This document shows, in pieces, positions 47,456-57,321 of a stretch of 64,000 nt of DNA (within the stretch, counting starts at the first letter, position 1; the number at the start of each line of letters is the position of its first letter). A program made the position numbers and the translations under genes. Source of the DNA: Nitrososphaera sp. Lineage in GTDB: Archaea > Thermoproteota > Nitrososphaeria > Nitrososphaerales > Nitrososphaeraceae. The notes below the pieces were generated by a model. The model saw only the letters and a list, made by a program, of their open reading frames with translations. It was not told the DNA's origin and did not search any database. The DNA is taken from assembly GCA_013114715.1 (NCBI GenBank), contig QCWB01000001.1:6648-70647 (forward strand), read 5' to 3'.

Positions 47456-48268
47456 TTGCCCGTGCATTTCAGCCAAGTGGTCCCAAAGTTACTGTGCATT
47501 TTGCTTGTATTCGTTGTCGTAGCGTCACTTGCGGCGCCGGCTTTTTCCCAGAGGGGGTCACGGCCGGCTTATGTCTATGACCGAGCAGACGTCATCAGCA
47601 GCGAGTATGAAAGCGAAATTGACAGCTATTTGAGGGGATTGGACGATTCAACAACCAACGAGATAGTCATATACACAATCCCAAGTTTCGTCGGTCACGG
47701 CATCAAAAAAGATGGAGTTGAAATCCAGGACAGAGACATGCTGGCCAACTACATCTACAACGAGCTGACTCTAGATGGCATAAAGGGCATCGGCAAGAAG
47801 GGCAAGGACAACGGAATACTTCTCCTGATGTCCCTTGAGCGCGATGTAGGCGGAGGCTCGATAAGAATTGAAATAGGCAGAGGGCTAGAGGGCACAATTA
47901 CCGACGGCACGGCCGGCGAGATACTTGACAGATACCTTGTTCCAGCCAGAGAGCAGTATGAAAGCACGGGTGTTGCAGATTATGACGAGGCGTTTCTGTA
48001 CACTGTAGTCGCGCTCGGCCTGAAAATGGGATATGAAGCCTCCGATTCCAACACTCAATTGCCGCCTGAGGAGCCGGCAGAGCCGGACTATACGACGTAT
48101 GTCTTTGTCGCGCTAATAGTAGTATCAATCGTCTTAGCAATGGCAAGAAGGAGAGGAAGGCGTTATGGCGGTTATTATGGCGGTTGGGGCGGCGGCTATA
48201 GAGGTGGCGGCGGGGGCGGTTTTGGAGGCGGAGGCGGCGGCTCTGGCGGCGGGGGAGCTGGACGCTAA
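47456..48268 (+). CDS. TPM domain protein
   Basis: VYDRADVI, GKKGKDNGILLL, RIEIGRGLEG.ITD, TM helix, Gly-rich tail. Confidence 0.9.
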   Translation: MPVHFSQVVPKLLCILLVFVVVASLAAPAFSQRGSRPAYVYDRADVISSEYESEIDSYLRGLDDSTTNEIVIYTIPSFVGHGIKKDGVEIQDRDMLANYIYNELTLDGIKGIGKKGKDNGILLLMSLERDVGGGSIRIEIGRGLEGTITDGTAGEILDRYLVPAREQYESTGVADYDEAFLYTVVALGLKMGYEASDSNTQLPPEEPAEPDYTTYVFVALIVVSIVLAMARRRGRRYGGYYGGWGGGYRGGGGGGFGGGGGGSGGGGAGR

Positions 48269-48293
48269 CGATCACTAAATAAGTGGCTGACGA

Positions 48294-48926
48294 GTGATTC
48301 CGGTACCGATGTCTGGAAAAAAGATTGCCATCATCGCCGGTATAGGCGTAGGCGTAATAGCGATAATAATTGGCGCGCTTTACAGCATGTATTTTTCCGG
48401 CTTTAACGCCGCTCAGGCAAAAGACGAGAACGTAAAAAGGCTTGCAGCTGACATTGATGCGCAGCTGCAGCGCAGATATGACCTGATACCCAACCTGGTA
48501 AACTCGGTCAAGGGCTATCTGCAGTTTGAGAAAAGCGTTCTTGAGGAAGTGACCCGGCTCAGATCGCAGTGGCAGGCAGCATCCAGTACCAACGAGAGGG
48601 TGCAGCTCAGCAACCAGATTGAGGAAGCGTTAAGCAAGATCATACTCACATACGAGGCTTACCCAGACCTCAAGTCCGACCAGGTAGTAGTAAGGCTGAT
48701 GGACGAGCTTGCAGGAACCGAGAACAGGATCGCTGTTGCACGCACATACTTTAACGACGGCGTGAGGGACTTTAACACAAACATCCGCACATTCCCAAAC
48801 AACATGTTCAATGAAAGTGGATTTCTGGGTGCCAAGCCGTGGGGCCTAACGCAGTATACGCCGTACGAGGCCAGCCAAGCGGCAACGACAACAGTCCCGC
48901 AGGTAGACATCAATCTGCCAAGCTAG
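48294..48926 (+). CDS. lemA: LemA family protein
   Basis: LQRRYDLIPNLV, EAYPDLKS, LAGTENRIAVAR, FP.N. Confidence 0.95.
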   Translation: MIPVPMSGKKIAIIAGIGVGVIAIIIGALYSMYFSGFNAAQAKDENVKRLAADIDAQLQRRYDLIPNLVNSVKGYLQFEKSVLEEVTRLRSQWQAASSTNERVQLSNQIEEALSKIILTYEAYPDLKSDQVVVRLMDELAGTENRIAVARTYFNDGVRDFNTNIRTFPNNMFNESGFLGAKPWGLTQYTPYEASQAATTTVPQVDINLPS

Positions 48927-49543
48927 CCGGCTTCATATTCGCCGCTGCCGGCCACCTGCTTTAATACTGCATCTAGGGTATTGTCGTCCACCAGCCCTGA
49001 CTGGTGCAGGGTCTTTGTGATGTCCTGGATTGTGGTTACTGCGGTCAGATTTACGCCCATTTTCTTTAGCAGCTCTTCCGCGCCTTCCCGCCGGCTTACT
49101 ACGGCCAAGACGTCGTCTACTACTCCGCCATTGGCGCGGATTGCTTCTACAGCCTTGCTCACTGACAGGCCGGTCGTGGCCACGTCATCTACTATCAGGA
49201 CCCGGGAGCCGGAAGGTATGTGGCCTTCAACCAGCTTGCCGGTTCCATAGTCCTTTGATTCTTTGCGCACGTAAACAAAGGGCCGAGACATCTCGTAGGC
49301 AAGAGCCGAGCCGAAGATGAGCCCGGATGTCGGAACAGAGCCAAGGATGTCAAAATTCATCTGTTTGGCCACTTTGCTCATCTGGCCTGCAACCAGCCTA
49401 AAGTGCTGCGGAAAGCTTGGAAGCATCCGAAGGTCTATGTAGTACGGGCTTGGCTTTCCGCTTGACAAGGTAAAGGCGCCGAACTTTAGTGCGTTGCTCT
49501 TGAGCAGAAATGAAGAGAATTCCAGAAGAAAATCAGTTGACAA
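48923..49543 (-). CDS. pyrE: Orotate phosphoribosyltransferase
   Basis: FTLSSGK.SPYYIDLR, RKE.KDYG, VDDVATTG. Confidence 0.95.
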   Translation of the reverse strand: MSTDFLLEFSSFLLKSNALKFGAFTLSSGKPSPYYIDLRMLPSFPQHFRLVAGQMSKVAKQMNFDILGSVPTSGLIFGSALAYEMSRPFVYVRKESKDYGTGKLVEGHIPSGSRVLIVDDVATTGLSVSKAVEAIRANGGVVDDVLAVVSRREGAEELLKKMGVNLTAVTTIQDITKTLHQSGLVDDNTLDAVLKQVAGSGEYEAG

Positions 49544-49594
49544 CTACTGTTAGGTATGAAAGGGATTTATTTTATCCTTTATCATCAAACAGCG

Positions 49595-50704
49595 ATGCCG
49601 GAAATATGGCTTCGCTACGGTACTACGGACGTGGCCCTTGACATCAGGTTTGAAAATCTTGCAAGCCAGATCTCGGCCAGCTTTGCTGTAATGAGTGACG
49701 AAGAGAGGGTCGCTGTACTTGGCAGCGTGCCGGTTTCAGATAACATGCTTGTTTTGGTGCTGTCGTCGTCCAAGGCCGCAGCACTGACAGTTGACGGAAT
49801 AGTCAATGCTGCTCAGGGTAAAGGCCTGACTGGAATCACGGTTGACGTGCTGCCGGCGTTTGCCGGCCCGCTGCGAGCCAACCTGTCTTCTGAAATTTCG
49901 ATTAACCGCGTTGATTACCAGTCACTGGAAGAGAGGCTGAAGAAATTCCAGAGCACTGTAATCGTTTCGCAGGTTGCGTACGACCCGCTTTTTGGCTTTG
50001 CCGGGGCGCCGACTACAATCCTGCGCAATTTTTTTACCGGCAAGATGACTGAGATGTTTAGGACAAAACGCGCTGGCAAGCCAGAGCCTGGCGTTGAAAA
50101 CGAGATGTTCAGGGCAGCAATCTCCTTCTCGGAAGGAATTGCAGCCACATCCATAGAGCTGGTGGCCAGCCGGTCTGGGATCGCCGGGATGTATGTGGGC
50201 AGCGTCGACAAAGCATTTGCAAAGGCATTGTCTCATCTCAGATCCATTTCCGTGACAGAGACGGACGCTGCAAAGTCGGCCATAATCAGCGCCAGCAGCG
50301 AATCCGGGCCGCAACTGACTCTTGCTAGCTCTCTTAACTCACTGTGGAATTCGATTCATGCAGTCAGGGAAGGCGGGTCAATAGTTCTGCTGTCAGAAGG
50401 GCGCGAGGGCCTTGGAGGCGGGGCGCTTCAGATGTTTGCAGAAGGCCGGCTTAAAACAGAGCAGCTTGCCCACACGGAGTATATTTCTGGCCTGGAGCAT
50501 ATCGTCTATTTGCAGGAGCTTGCCCAGAAATACGAGCTTGGAGTCGTGTCGACTTTGCCGCATTATTACCTGAAAAAACTGGGATTTCTGACCTTTGCCA
50601 GCGTAAAAGACGCTCTTGACAAGCTGCTTGCCAAGCAGGGAAAAAGCCACAAATTGTTAGTGATTTCTGACGCAGATATTTCTCTTGTCAGGGCAAGAAG
50701 CTGA
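49595..50704 (+). CDS. Lactate racemase (LarA)-like domain protein, divergent
   Basis: WLRYG start, DPLFGFAGAP, VREGGSIVLLSE..EGLG. Confidence 0.6.
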   Translation: MPEIWLRYGTTDVALDIRFENLASQISASFAVMSDEERVAVLGSVPVSDNMLVLVLSSSKAAALTVDGIVNAAQGKGLTGITVDVLPAFAGPLRANLSSEISINRVDYQSLEERLKKFQSTVIVSQVAYDPLFGFAGAPTTILRNFFTGKMTEMFRTKRAGKPEPGVENEMFRAAISFSEGIAATSIELVASRSGIAGMYVGSVDKAFAKALSHLRSISVTETDAAKSAIISASSESGPQLTLASSLNSLWNSIHAVREGGSIVLLSEGREGLGGGALQMFAEGRLKTEQLAHTEYISGLEHIVYLQELAQKYELGVVSTLPHYYLKKLGFLTFASVKDALDKLLAKQGKSHKLLVISDADISLVRARS

Positions 50705-51878
50705 AAAGGCCGGTTGGAAGCGGCGCGTACATTGCCGAGTCAAATACCGGTGCGCAAAGAACTGCAAGGGCTATTGCAACCCAGAACAGGGCCTTTCTTT
50801 TTGCAGAAAGCGGGCTGACGTCATCAAGTGGCGTGCTTTCTGGAGACCTCATGCTCAGAATTAGCACGAGCATGGCCATCGGATAGAATTGGAGTCCAAA
50901 CAGCACCCCGATGCTGCTATAAGTCAGTATCCTGTGCCAGCGCACGCCGAGCGCGGCCCTTACCAGGTGTCCGCCGTCCAGCTGCCAGGCAGGCATCAGA
51001 TTCAGAAACGTGATAAGAAACCCGAACCAGGCCGCGAACATGACTGGCGACATTATCAGGACCGCGTCCTGGCCGATGCCGGCATTTCCGGTAAGCTGGA
51101 AAGCTACAAGCATGATGATGCTGCTTTTCATTTCTATCAGCTGAAGCCCGTCTAGCAAGAGCGGCGCGTGATCCAAGGGCACCAGGACCGACATTGACGA
51201 GCCGTAGACAGACGCGATTACCGCGACCAGCAGTCCTGCGATAGGCCCTGCGATGCCGACGTCAAACTGGACGTTTCTGTTTATCATGCTGCTTCGAATC
51301 TGGATCATGGCACCAAAGGTAGGCAGTATCCCCGGAACTCCCGGGATGAAATACGGCCACGAGGCTTTGATGCCGTGCCATTTCGTCGCTATCATGTGAC
51401 CCATTTCATGAATGCCCAGAATGCCCATCAGCGACATGGTATACACGCCTACTATTAGCAGCTGGTCTTGCAAAAATGCCTGCGCAAGAACAGAGTTGGA
51501 CCGGTAAACGCCGTCGACAAGAATCATTATTATCGCGGCAAAGAACAGAGATAGATGAACCGGCACCCTGTTTTTCCTGCCAGGCTTTGTTTTTGCGATT
51601 TTCGAGACCGTGATTATTACCGCGTTTTCAGCAATGACCGCAGTCGAGGATATCGTGGGCATCAGCCTTGATTCATAATTGGTCAGTCTTGCGGTGGCTA
51701 TCATTTCGGACTTGGATAGATCGTCTAGAAATTTTGGGAAGGTCTTGCCGATGTCTGATTCTGCTATCAGGAATCTTGTGGCGTCTTCCTTTGGATGGGC
51801 CTGCATATCCTTGACGGTATAATATGAAGATATGATTGGCAGGACCTTTGAATAATCGCTGCTGAGAAGAGCCACCAT
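50688..51878 (-). CDS. Site-2 protease (M50) family
   Basis: HEMGH, AGPIAG, NLMPAWQLDGGH. Confidence 0.93.
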   Translation of the reverse strand: MVALLSSDYSKVLPIISSYYTVKDMQAHPKEDATRFLIAESDIGKTFPKFLDDLSKSEMIATARLTNYESRLMPTISSTAVIAENAVIITVSKIAKTKPGRKNRVPVHLSLFFAAIIMILVDGVYRSNSVLAQAFLQDQLLIVGVYTMSLMGILGIHEMGHMIATKWHGIKASWPYFIPGVPGILPTFGAMIQIRSSMINRNVQFDVGIAGPIAGLLVAVIASVYGSSMSVLVPLDHAPLLLDGLQLIEMKSSIIMLVAFQLTGNAGIGQDAVLIMSPVMFAAWFGFLITFLNLMPAWQLDGGHLVRAALGVRWHRILTYSSIGVLFGLQFYPMAMLVLILSMRSPESTPLDDVSPLSAKRKALFWVAIALAVLCAPVFDSAMYAPLPTGLFSFLP

Positions 51879-51938
51879 CTTTACTAGGTCGGTAATTGAA
51901 TTAAAAGGTTATTCCAAATAAGGTTAAATAACGCGCCG

Positions 51939-52454
51939 GTGCTGCTAATTTACGCTTTGCAAACGGCTCTCCGGAAAGTAGGGGATTATGTGATACGCCG
52001 CTGCGATGAAACCGACCTGCCAGCGGTGATTGACATTAACATGGCTGCCTTGCCGGAGCATTATTCCGACTACTTTTTTGAAGCCATCCTAAAGGAGCTG
52101 CCAGAGGCCTTTATCGTGGCAGAGATAAACGGCAAACTGGTCGGCTACATAATGTGCAAAATAGAGTTTGGCTTTTCGAATTTTCGCAAGCTTGGCTTTG
52201 TCAAGAAGGGCCACGTGGTTTCGGTGGCTGTCCTTGAAGACCATCGCGGAAAGGGCCTTGGCAAGGCTCTGATGCTCGAAGGCATCAACGGCGTACTGCA
52301 GCGCAAAGCTGACGAGATCTACCTCGAAGTCAGGGTAAGCAATACAGGTGCAGTCAAGATGTATGAAAAAATTCGATTTGAAACAAAATCAAGGCTCAAG
52401 TCCTACTACAGGGACGGCGAAGACGCATTTCTCATGGCCCTAGAGCTCAGCTAA
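51939..52454 (+). CDS. N-terminal acetyltransferase (Ard1/RimI-type GNAT)
   Basis: LPEHY, GHVVSVAV..RGKGLG, LEVRVSN, YY.DGEDA. Confidence 0.93.
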   Translation: MLLIYALQTALRKVGDYVIRRCDETDLPAVIDINMAALPEHYSDYFFEAILKELPEAFIVAEINGKLVGYIMCKIEFGFSNFRKLGFVKKGHVVSVAVLEDHRGKGLGKALMLEGINGVLQRKADEIYLEVRVSNTGAVKMYEKIRFETKSRLKSYYRDGEDAFLMALELS

Positions 52455-52598
52455 CTTCGGGTCTTTTTCCATTATTGCCTCTGTATTATATTAATTTCTT
52501 TGAATGTAATGAAATTATGAATTTAACATAAAACAAACGTTTTTTGGATATGGATTTAAAGGAAAAACTTAACTATCTTGCAAAATACTGCCTATCTA

Positions 52599-52952
52599 AT
52601 GAGCGAGAAATCATTGCCTTTTGAAAAGGAGGCCGGAAAGTCAAAATCTGGCTTGAAGAGACTGTCTGTGCTGGTAAAGCCGGAAAAAGCAGACGCGGTG
52701 ATTACAGCAATCAGGGGCCTGCATCTTGAAGCTACAATATACGACGTAAAAAGTGCTGGAAAAGAAAAAGAAAAAGTCACTTCAGGGAGGGGAATGGGCA
52801 CGGTTGAGCTTGCTTATGTTCTAAGGAAGGTAATTGTAACAATAGTTGATGCAAACCGCATAGACGACGTATCGGCCGCCGTCAGAGGGGCCATGGGCGG
52901 AAGCAAAGGCGTGCTGATCGTTTTGCCTGTCGACGACATGGTGGAGATCTGA
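52599..52952 (+). CDS. P-II-like protein (divergent)
   Basis: KRLSVLVKPEK, GRG, C-terminal G.LIVLPVDD. Confidence 0.75.
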   Translation: MSEKSLPFEKEAGKSKSGLKRLSVLVKPEKADAVITAIRGLHLEATIYDVKSAGKEKEKVTSGRGMGTVELAYVLRKVIVTIVDANRIDDVSAAVRGAMGGSKGVLIVLPVDDMVEI

Positions 52953-52992
52953 AAAACAATGAGTTTAAAAAATCGGGGATTGGGATAGTATC

Positions 52993-53199
52993 ATGGTCTT
53001 CAAGTACATAGACATACTGGGGGAGTCTACAAAAAGCTTTGACGATGCAGTGCAGAATGCAATAACAGAAACAGCCTTGACTGTCAAGGACATAAGGACT
53101 GCAGAAGTTATCAAGCTCAACGTAATTGTGAGCGATGACAAGATTGTAGAGTACCAGGCGTATATGCGGGTTGCCTTCAAGGTAAAAAGAAAAGACTAG
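52993..53199 (+). CDS. Dodecin (flavin-binding)
   Basis: YIDILGES..SFDDAVQNAI, IVEYQ..MRVAFKV. Confidence 0.9.
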   Translation: MVFKYIDILGESTKSFDDAVQNAITETALTVKDIRTAEVIKLNVIVSDDKIVEYQAYMRVAFKVKRKD

Positions 53200-53537
53200 A
53201 TGGCCGACTCGCCTTTTTCTTTTGTTTTTAGATCAACTGCGATTGGGACGTCAACAACGAATATTTTCCCGCCAAGGTCCGTGCCGCCCAGCTCAGCTAC
53301 TATCTTATCTATCAGACCTTCTACTTGATTATCTTTTACCACCACTTCGATCTTTAGTCGCGGTATGTAATCTGGCGTATAATGCATGGTACCACGGCCG
53401 ACAGAAACTTCCTTTGCCTTGGACTTGCCTCTGCCTTCTATCCTAGAATAGCTAACACCGCCTAGGTGTTCTTCTTTAAATATTTTATCCAGCTGATTAA
53501 ATCCCCTATTTGGGATTATAATTTCAATTTTCTTCAT
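53196..53537 (-). CDS. P-II family nitrogen regulator
   Basis: MKKIEIII, EGRG, KIEVVV, GGKIFV, GESAI. Confidence 0.92.
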   Translation of the reverse strand: MKKIEIIIPNRGFNQLDKIFKEEHLGGVSYSRIEGRGKSKAKEVSVGRGTMHYTPDYIPRLKIEVVVKDNQVEGLIDKIVAELGGTDLGGKIFVVDVPIAVDLKTKEKGESAI

Positions 53538-53621
53538 GGTCTTCTGATATTACAGGTAGATAATATTATTATCTAAAACGCACGCTGATTTTTCAGCATC
53601 CCTAAAGATTGATAAACTGCA

Positions 53622-53870
53622 TTGTTTGCCAACAACCTGATGAACGTCAGGAGAAAGGGAAACAGAGGAGTAGGGCTTGCCTTTCTTGTAATAGCGTTTG
53701 TTGCCTTCTTTATCTATGCGTATTTGCTTCTTGGCTCGCAGTACAGCATGCTTGTGATGCAGTTTACGATGCTAGGCGCAATTGCGATGTTGCTGGCTGT
53801 CTTGGGCTGGATAGGATATACCATGCTCACAGCTCCAAAACAAGAACCAGGGACTAGTTCTTCTGGATAG
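53622..53870 (+). CDS. Small two-helix membrane protein
   Basis: Two TM segments, WIGYTM.T.P. Confidence 0.7.
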   Translation: MFANNLMNVRRKGNRGVGLAFLVIAFVAFFIYAYLLLGSQYSMLVMQFTMLGAIAMLLAVLGWIGYTMLTAPKQEPGTSSSG

Positions 53871-54699
53871 AAACGTCGGCTACTATCTGGTATATTCTGG
53901 GACCGACTTCCCGAACTATGGTTATCTCGTCGATTTTATGGTTGTAATTGACAAAGGCAGAATCGGCGTCTATATTGCCTTGGGCCTTTGCAGCTTTTTT
54001 GTTGTCAGCCTTGACGTGTGCAAAATAATGAATCACACCCTTTTGCTTTAATGCAAGCACTGCCGGCTCTATGAATTCCTTGGCTCTTTCCGGCAGTGGC
54101 ATCAGCACTCTGTCTGCCAGACCGGCCAGCTGGTTTTTTATCACTTCAGAGGCATCTCCGCAGATTGGAATTATCCTTTCTGATACCTTGTTCAGCTTTG
54201 CATTTTCAATGCACAGGTCGTTTGCAGCAGAATTGGAGTCTATGCTGTAGACCGTACTTGTCTTGTTTGTCTTGGCAATGACCACGGAGTACGTGCCAAC
54301 CCCGGCAAACATGTTGACTATGACTTCGTTGTCCTGAACCAGGCTGGCTATTCTCTGCCTCTCCGTGGACAGACGCGGTGAAAAATAGGTTTTCGCGACA
54401 TCGACTTTGAACCTGCAGCCGTGTTCTTTGTATTCTGTTATTGTGCGGTTCTCGCCGGCCAGAAACTCTAGGTCGCGTATGCGATAGTCGCCCCGGACTG
54501 CGGAAGCCTGCGAAAAAACTGCCTTTGCGGTCTTTACGTTGGCCAGTATGGCGTCTGCAATCACCTGCTTTCTTGAGGCAAGGCTGTCTGGAATTTTGAT
54601 GATGACTATGTCTCCTATCTGGTCAAACGCAGAGTAGACTTGCGAAGCTTCGTCGGCTGGAAGTATGCCGCCAAGCATCTCCTTTAGCATGCGGGGCAT
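53854..54699 (-). CDS. Trm5/Tyw2-family tRNA-modifying SAM-dependent transferase
   Basis: FDQIGDI, YKEHGC.F.VD, YFSPRL.TER, MFAGVG, DRVLMPLP. Confidence 0.9.
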   Translation of the reverse strand: MPRMLKEMLGGILPADEASQVYSAFDQIGDIVIIKIPDSLASRKQVIADAILANVKTAKAVFSQASAVRGDYRIRDLEFLAGENRTITEYKEHGCRFKVDVAKTYFSPRLSTERQRIASLVQDNEVIVNMFAGVGTYSVVIAKTNKTSTVYSIDSNSAANDLCIENAKLNKVSERIIPICGDASEVIKNQLAGLADRVLMPLPERAKEFIEPAVLALKQKGVIHYFAHVKADNKKAAKAQGNIDADSAFVNYNHKIDEITIVREVGPRIYQIVADVSIQKN

Positions 54700-54700
54700 G

Positions 54701-56506
54701 TCAGCGCTTTATGTAATAGTAGTTGCCGGACTGCTTTTGCTCCCTGTCAAGACGGCCGCCTTCCTTGTTGACCCGAGGCCTGCCAGTGGTTTCGTCGCGT
54801 CTGTAGGTTATCGACAATTCCTTTAGGAAGGCGTTCATCCCGTCTTCCTTTCTTACTGGCTGGCTTGCGCGGCCTTCGAGGCCTGGCTGCCCACCAAAAA
54901 TCAAAAGCGAATCTGCAACCAAGTCTATCAGCTGCAAGTCGTGGTCTATTATTATTGCCGACCGGCCCTGGGCCCTGACAAAGCGCTGCAGGAACTTGGC
55001 TACTACTATCCTGTCCTCGGCGTCTAAAAACGCGGACGGCTCGTCTAGGGCATAGACGTCGGCCTGGCGCAACAGGGAAGCTGCGACGGCCACCTTTTGA
55101 AGCTCGCCGCCGCTCAGGTGCTTGACGCTTTTGTCAAAGAGCTTTTTGACTCCCATCGGGATGATTATCTGCTCTTCTGCCGCAGAGCCTTCAATCGGGT
55201 TCTGGTAGGCAGCATACATCAGCGACCGGACGTCGCCTTCGTAGTCCTGGCTAAGGTACTGCGGCTTGTAGGAAATTTTTACCCCGATATCTATCGTGCC
55301 GGAATCCGGCTTGTCGACTCCAGCCAGCATTCGCATAAACGTGGTCTTGCCAAGCGCGTTGGCGCCCACAATGCCCATGATCTCTCCCTTCCGAATCTTG
55401 CCGGCAGAGACATGCAGCTTGAAAGAAGGAAATGACTTTGACAGTTCTGTGTAGCTTGCAATAGGCACGTCAAGTATCACGTCGTCTATGGAAGACGATA
55501 TATCGAACCGAAACGCCTTTTCGCGGAACCTGACGTTTTCTGCGGGCAGAAAGCCGTCTAGGAAGTTGTTTATCCCCACCTTTGTGCTTTGCAGAGTCGA
55601 TACTATGCCGTATGCGCCCGGCTCGCCGTACAGGATATGCACATAGTCTGACAGATAGTCAAGCAGGGTCAGGTCGTGCTCTACTACCATCACGCTCTTT
55701 CCTTCTTCTGCCAGGCCCTTTATCACCTTGGCCACGGCAAGGCGCTGGTAGACGTCGTTGTAGGAAGACGGCTCGTCAAAAAAGTAATATTCGGCGTCCT
55801 TGGCCGCTGCCACTGCCACGGCAAGGCGCTGCAGCTCGCCGCCGCTCAGAGTCGCCAGGTCGCGGTCCAGAATGTTTTGAAGGCCAAGCTCGTCTATCAG
55901 ATTGTCTGCTACTTTTCGCTCGTCGTATTTCTGCAAAAGTTCTTTTGGAGAGCCCTTGAAAGCTTTTGGTATGTTGTACACCAGCTGCGGCTTGATAGAT
56001 GCCCGGATCTGGTGGTTCACTATCTTTTCAAAATGAGCTTTCAGTTCTGTTCCCTGGAAATACTTTAAAACGCCGTCCCAGGAGCTTTGGCCGTCATAGT
56101 TGCCAAGGTTTGGCTGCATATTGCCAGACAGAATATTGACTATGGTAGATTTTCCCATGCCGTTTCTGCCTACCAGGCCGACGACCGCGCCTTTTTTCGG
56201 GGTGGGCAGCCTGTAAAATCGAAATGAGTTAATGCCAAACTGGTGAATTTTTTCTTCAGATAATTCCTTTGCCAGGTTTACAATGACTATGGCGTCAAAC
56301 GGGCATTTCTTTATGCAGATGCCGCAGCCTGTGCAAAGCTCCTCAGAGATCAGAGCTTTGCCGTCTTCGGGACGCTGCACTATGCATTCTCCGCCGGTCT
56401 TGTTCACTGGACAGTAGATTATGCATTCCAGATTGCATTTTCTTGGCTGGCAGAGCTCTTCATCTAACACTGCCACCCTGTGAGTTGACTGTGGATCGCC
56501 GCCCAA
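54701..56506 (-). CDS. Ribosome recycling ATPase ABCE1/RLI
   Basis: N-terminal Fe-S cysteine motifs, two ABC domains with LSGGELQ. Confidence 0.97.
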   Translation of the reverse strand: MGGDPQSTHRVAVLDEELCQPRKCNLECIIYCPVNKTGGECIVQRPEDGKALISEELCTGCGICIKKCPFDAIVIVNLAKELSEEKIHQFGINSFRFYRLPTPKKGAVVGLVGRNGMGKSTIVNILSGNMQPNLGNYDGQSSWDGVLKYFQGTELKAHFEKIVNHQIRASIKPQLVYNIPKAFKGSPKELLQKYDERKVADNLIDELGLQNILDRDLATLSGGELQRLAVAVAAAKDAEYYFFDEPSSYNDVYQRLAVAKVIKGLAEEGKSVMVVEHDLTLLDYLSDYVHILYGEPGAYGIVSTLQSTKVGINNFLDGFLPAENVRFREKAFRFDISSSIDDVILDVPIASYTELSKSFPSFKLHVSAGKIRKGEIMGIVGANALGKTTFMRMLAGVDKPDSGTIDIGVKISYKPQYLSQDYEGDVRSLMYAAYQNPIEGSAAEEQIIIPMGVKKLFDKSVKHLSGGELQKVAVAASLLRQADVYALDEPSAFLDAEDRIVVAKFLQRFVRAQGRSAIIIDHDLQLIDLVADSLLIFGGQPGLEGRASQPVRKEDGMNAFLKELSITYRRDETTGRPRVNKEGGRLDREQKQSGNYYYIKR

Positions 56507-56600
56507 TTAAGTATCTAGACTTCGCAAAGATGCATTATATAGATATGTCCTGGCTGCAAGGAACAAGATTAAATTACCCTACCTGACAATGTCAGGGTAA

Positions 56601-56714
56601 GCCGGCCATAGCGGCAGGGTGCGACCCGGACCCATTCCGAACCCGGAAGTCAAACCTGTCGTCGCTGCTGTGTTACTGACCTGCGTGAGCGGTTGGGAAG
56701 CAGCAGTGCTGGCA
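56601..56714 (+). rRNA. rrf: 5S rRNA (stand-alone)
   Basis: GGCCATAGCGG..GACCCATTCCGAACCCGGAAGTCAA..; terminal helix GCCGGC/GCTGGC. Confidence 0.95.
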
Positions 56715-56718
56715 TCTT

Positions 56719-57291
56719 TTAAATATTAACATCTTCACCAAAGTGCACCTGCGCCATCAGCTGGCGTGTGTGCGTGCCAATTCTGTCTACCATTCCAAAC
56801 ACGGAGGTCAGGCCTTCTGGATCCCAGACACCGGTCTCGATTACGCAGCAATAGTCTCTGGCCTTGACGTTTATGCGCTTGACTTCTTCTTTCATGATGT
56901 TGCTGGCCAGGTCCCTTGAAAGCTCTTGGTCCTTTGCCAGCTGGCTTGATAAAATGCCGCCGCTCCAGCCGAGGTTGGTGGCCTTGCCGTTGCACAGCCG
57001 GTAATACAGGCTTGCATCCAGCAGGTTGTGGGCGTTGTCGTCGTTATCCGCAACATGGTCGTTTTCCACTAGGCAGTAGACGTTGAAAAACGGCCCCATC
57101 CTGACGACTTCCTCTATTCCGATGTAGTTGATGCTGCCCTTTTCCATGGTTATAAAGCCGTCACGCTGAGATAGCCACCGCTCAAAGTACGGCCTGTGTA
57201 AAGCTGAAACGTCGGATATTTCTCCGGTCCTGCAGATGAATCCAAGCTCAGACAGCGAGTCTACCAGCGAACCAAGCTGGAATATTGGCAT
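56719..57291 (-). CDS. Hypothetical protein
   Basis: 190-aa ORF in tandem with pepA. Confidence 0.7.
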   Translation of the reverse strand: MPIFQLGSLVDSLSELGFICRTGEISDVSALHRPYFERWLSQRDGFITMEKGSINYIGIEEVVRMGPFFNVYCLVENDHVADNDDNAHNLLDASLYYRLCNGKATNLGWSGGILSSQLAKDQELSRDLASNIMKEEVKRINVKARDYCCVIETGVWDPEGLTSVFGMVDRIGTHTRQLMAQVHFGEDVNI

Positions 57292-57321
57292 CTGGTTTAG
57301 TATCTGCCAAGTTGTTAATTA

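Noticed and set aside
48165-48262. GGC-rich tandem repeats (also ~11550-11650)
   Set aside because: Encode Gly-rich protein tails; no repeat-spacer periodicity, so not CRISPR
47456-48926. TPM + LemA gene pair as a novel system
   Set aside because: Common, well-known pairing in prokaryotes
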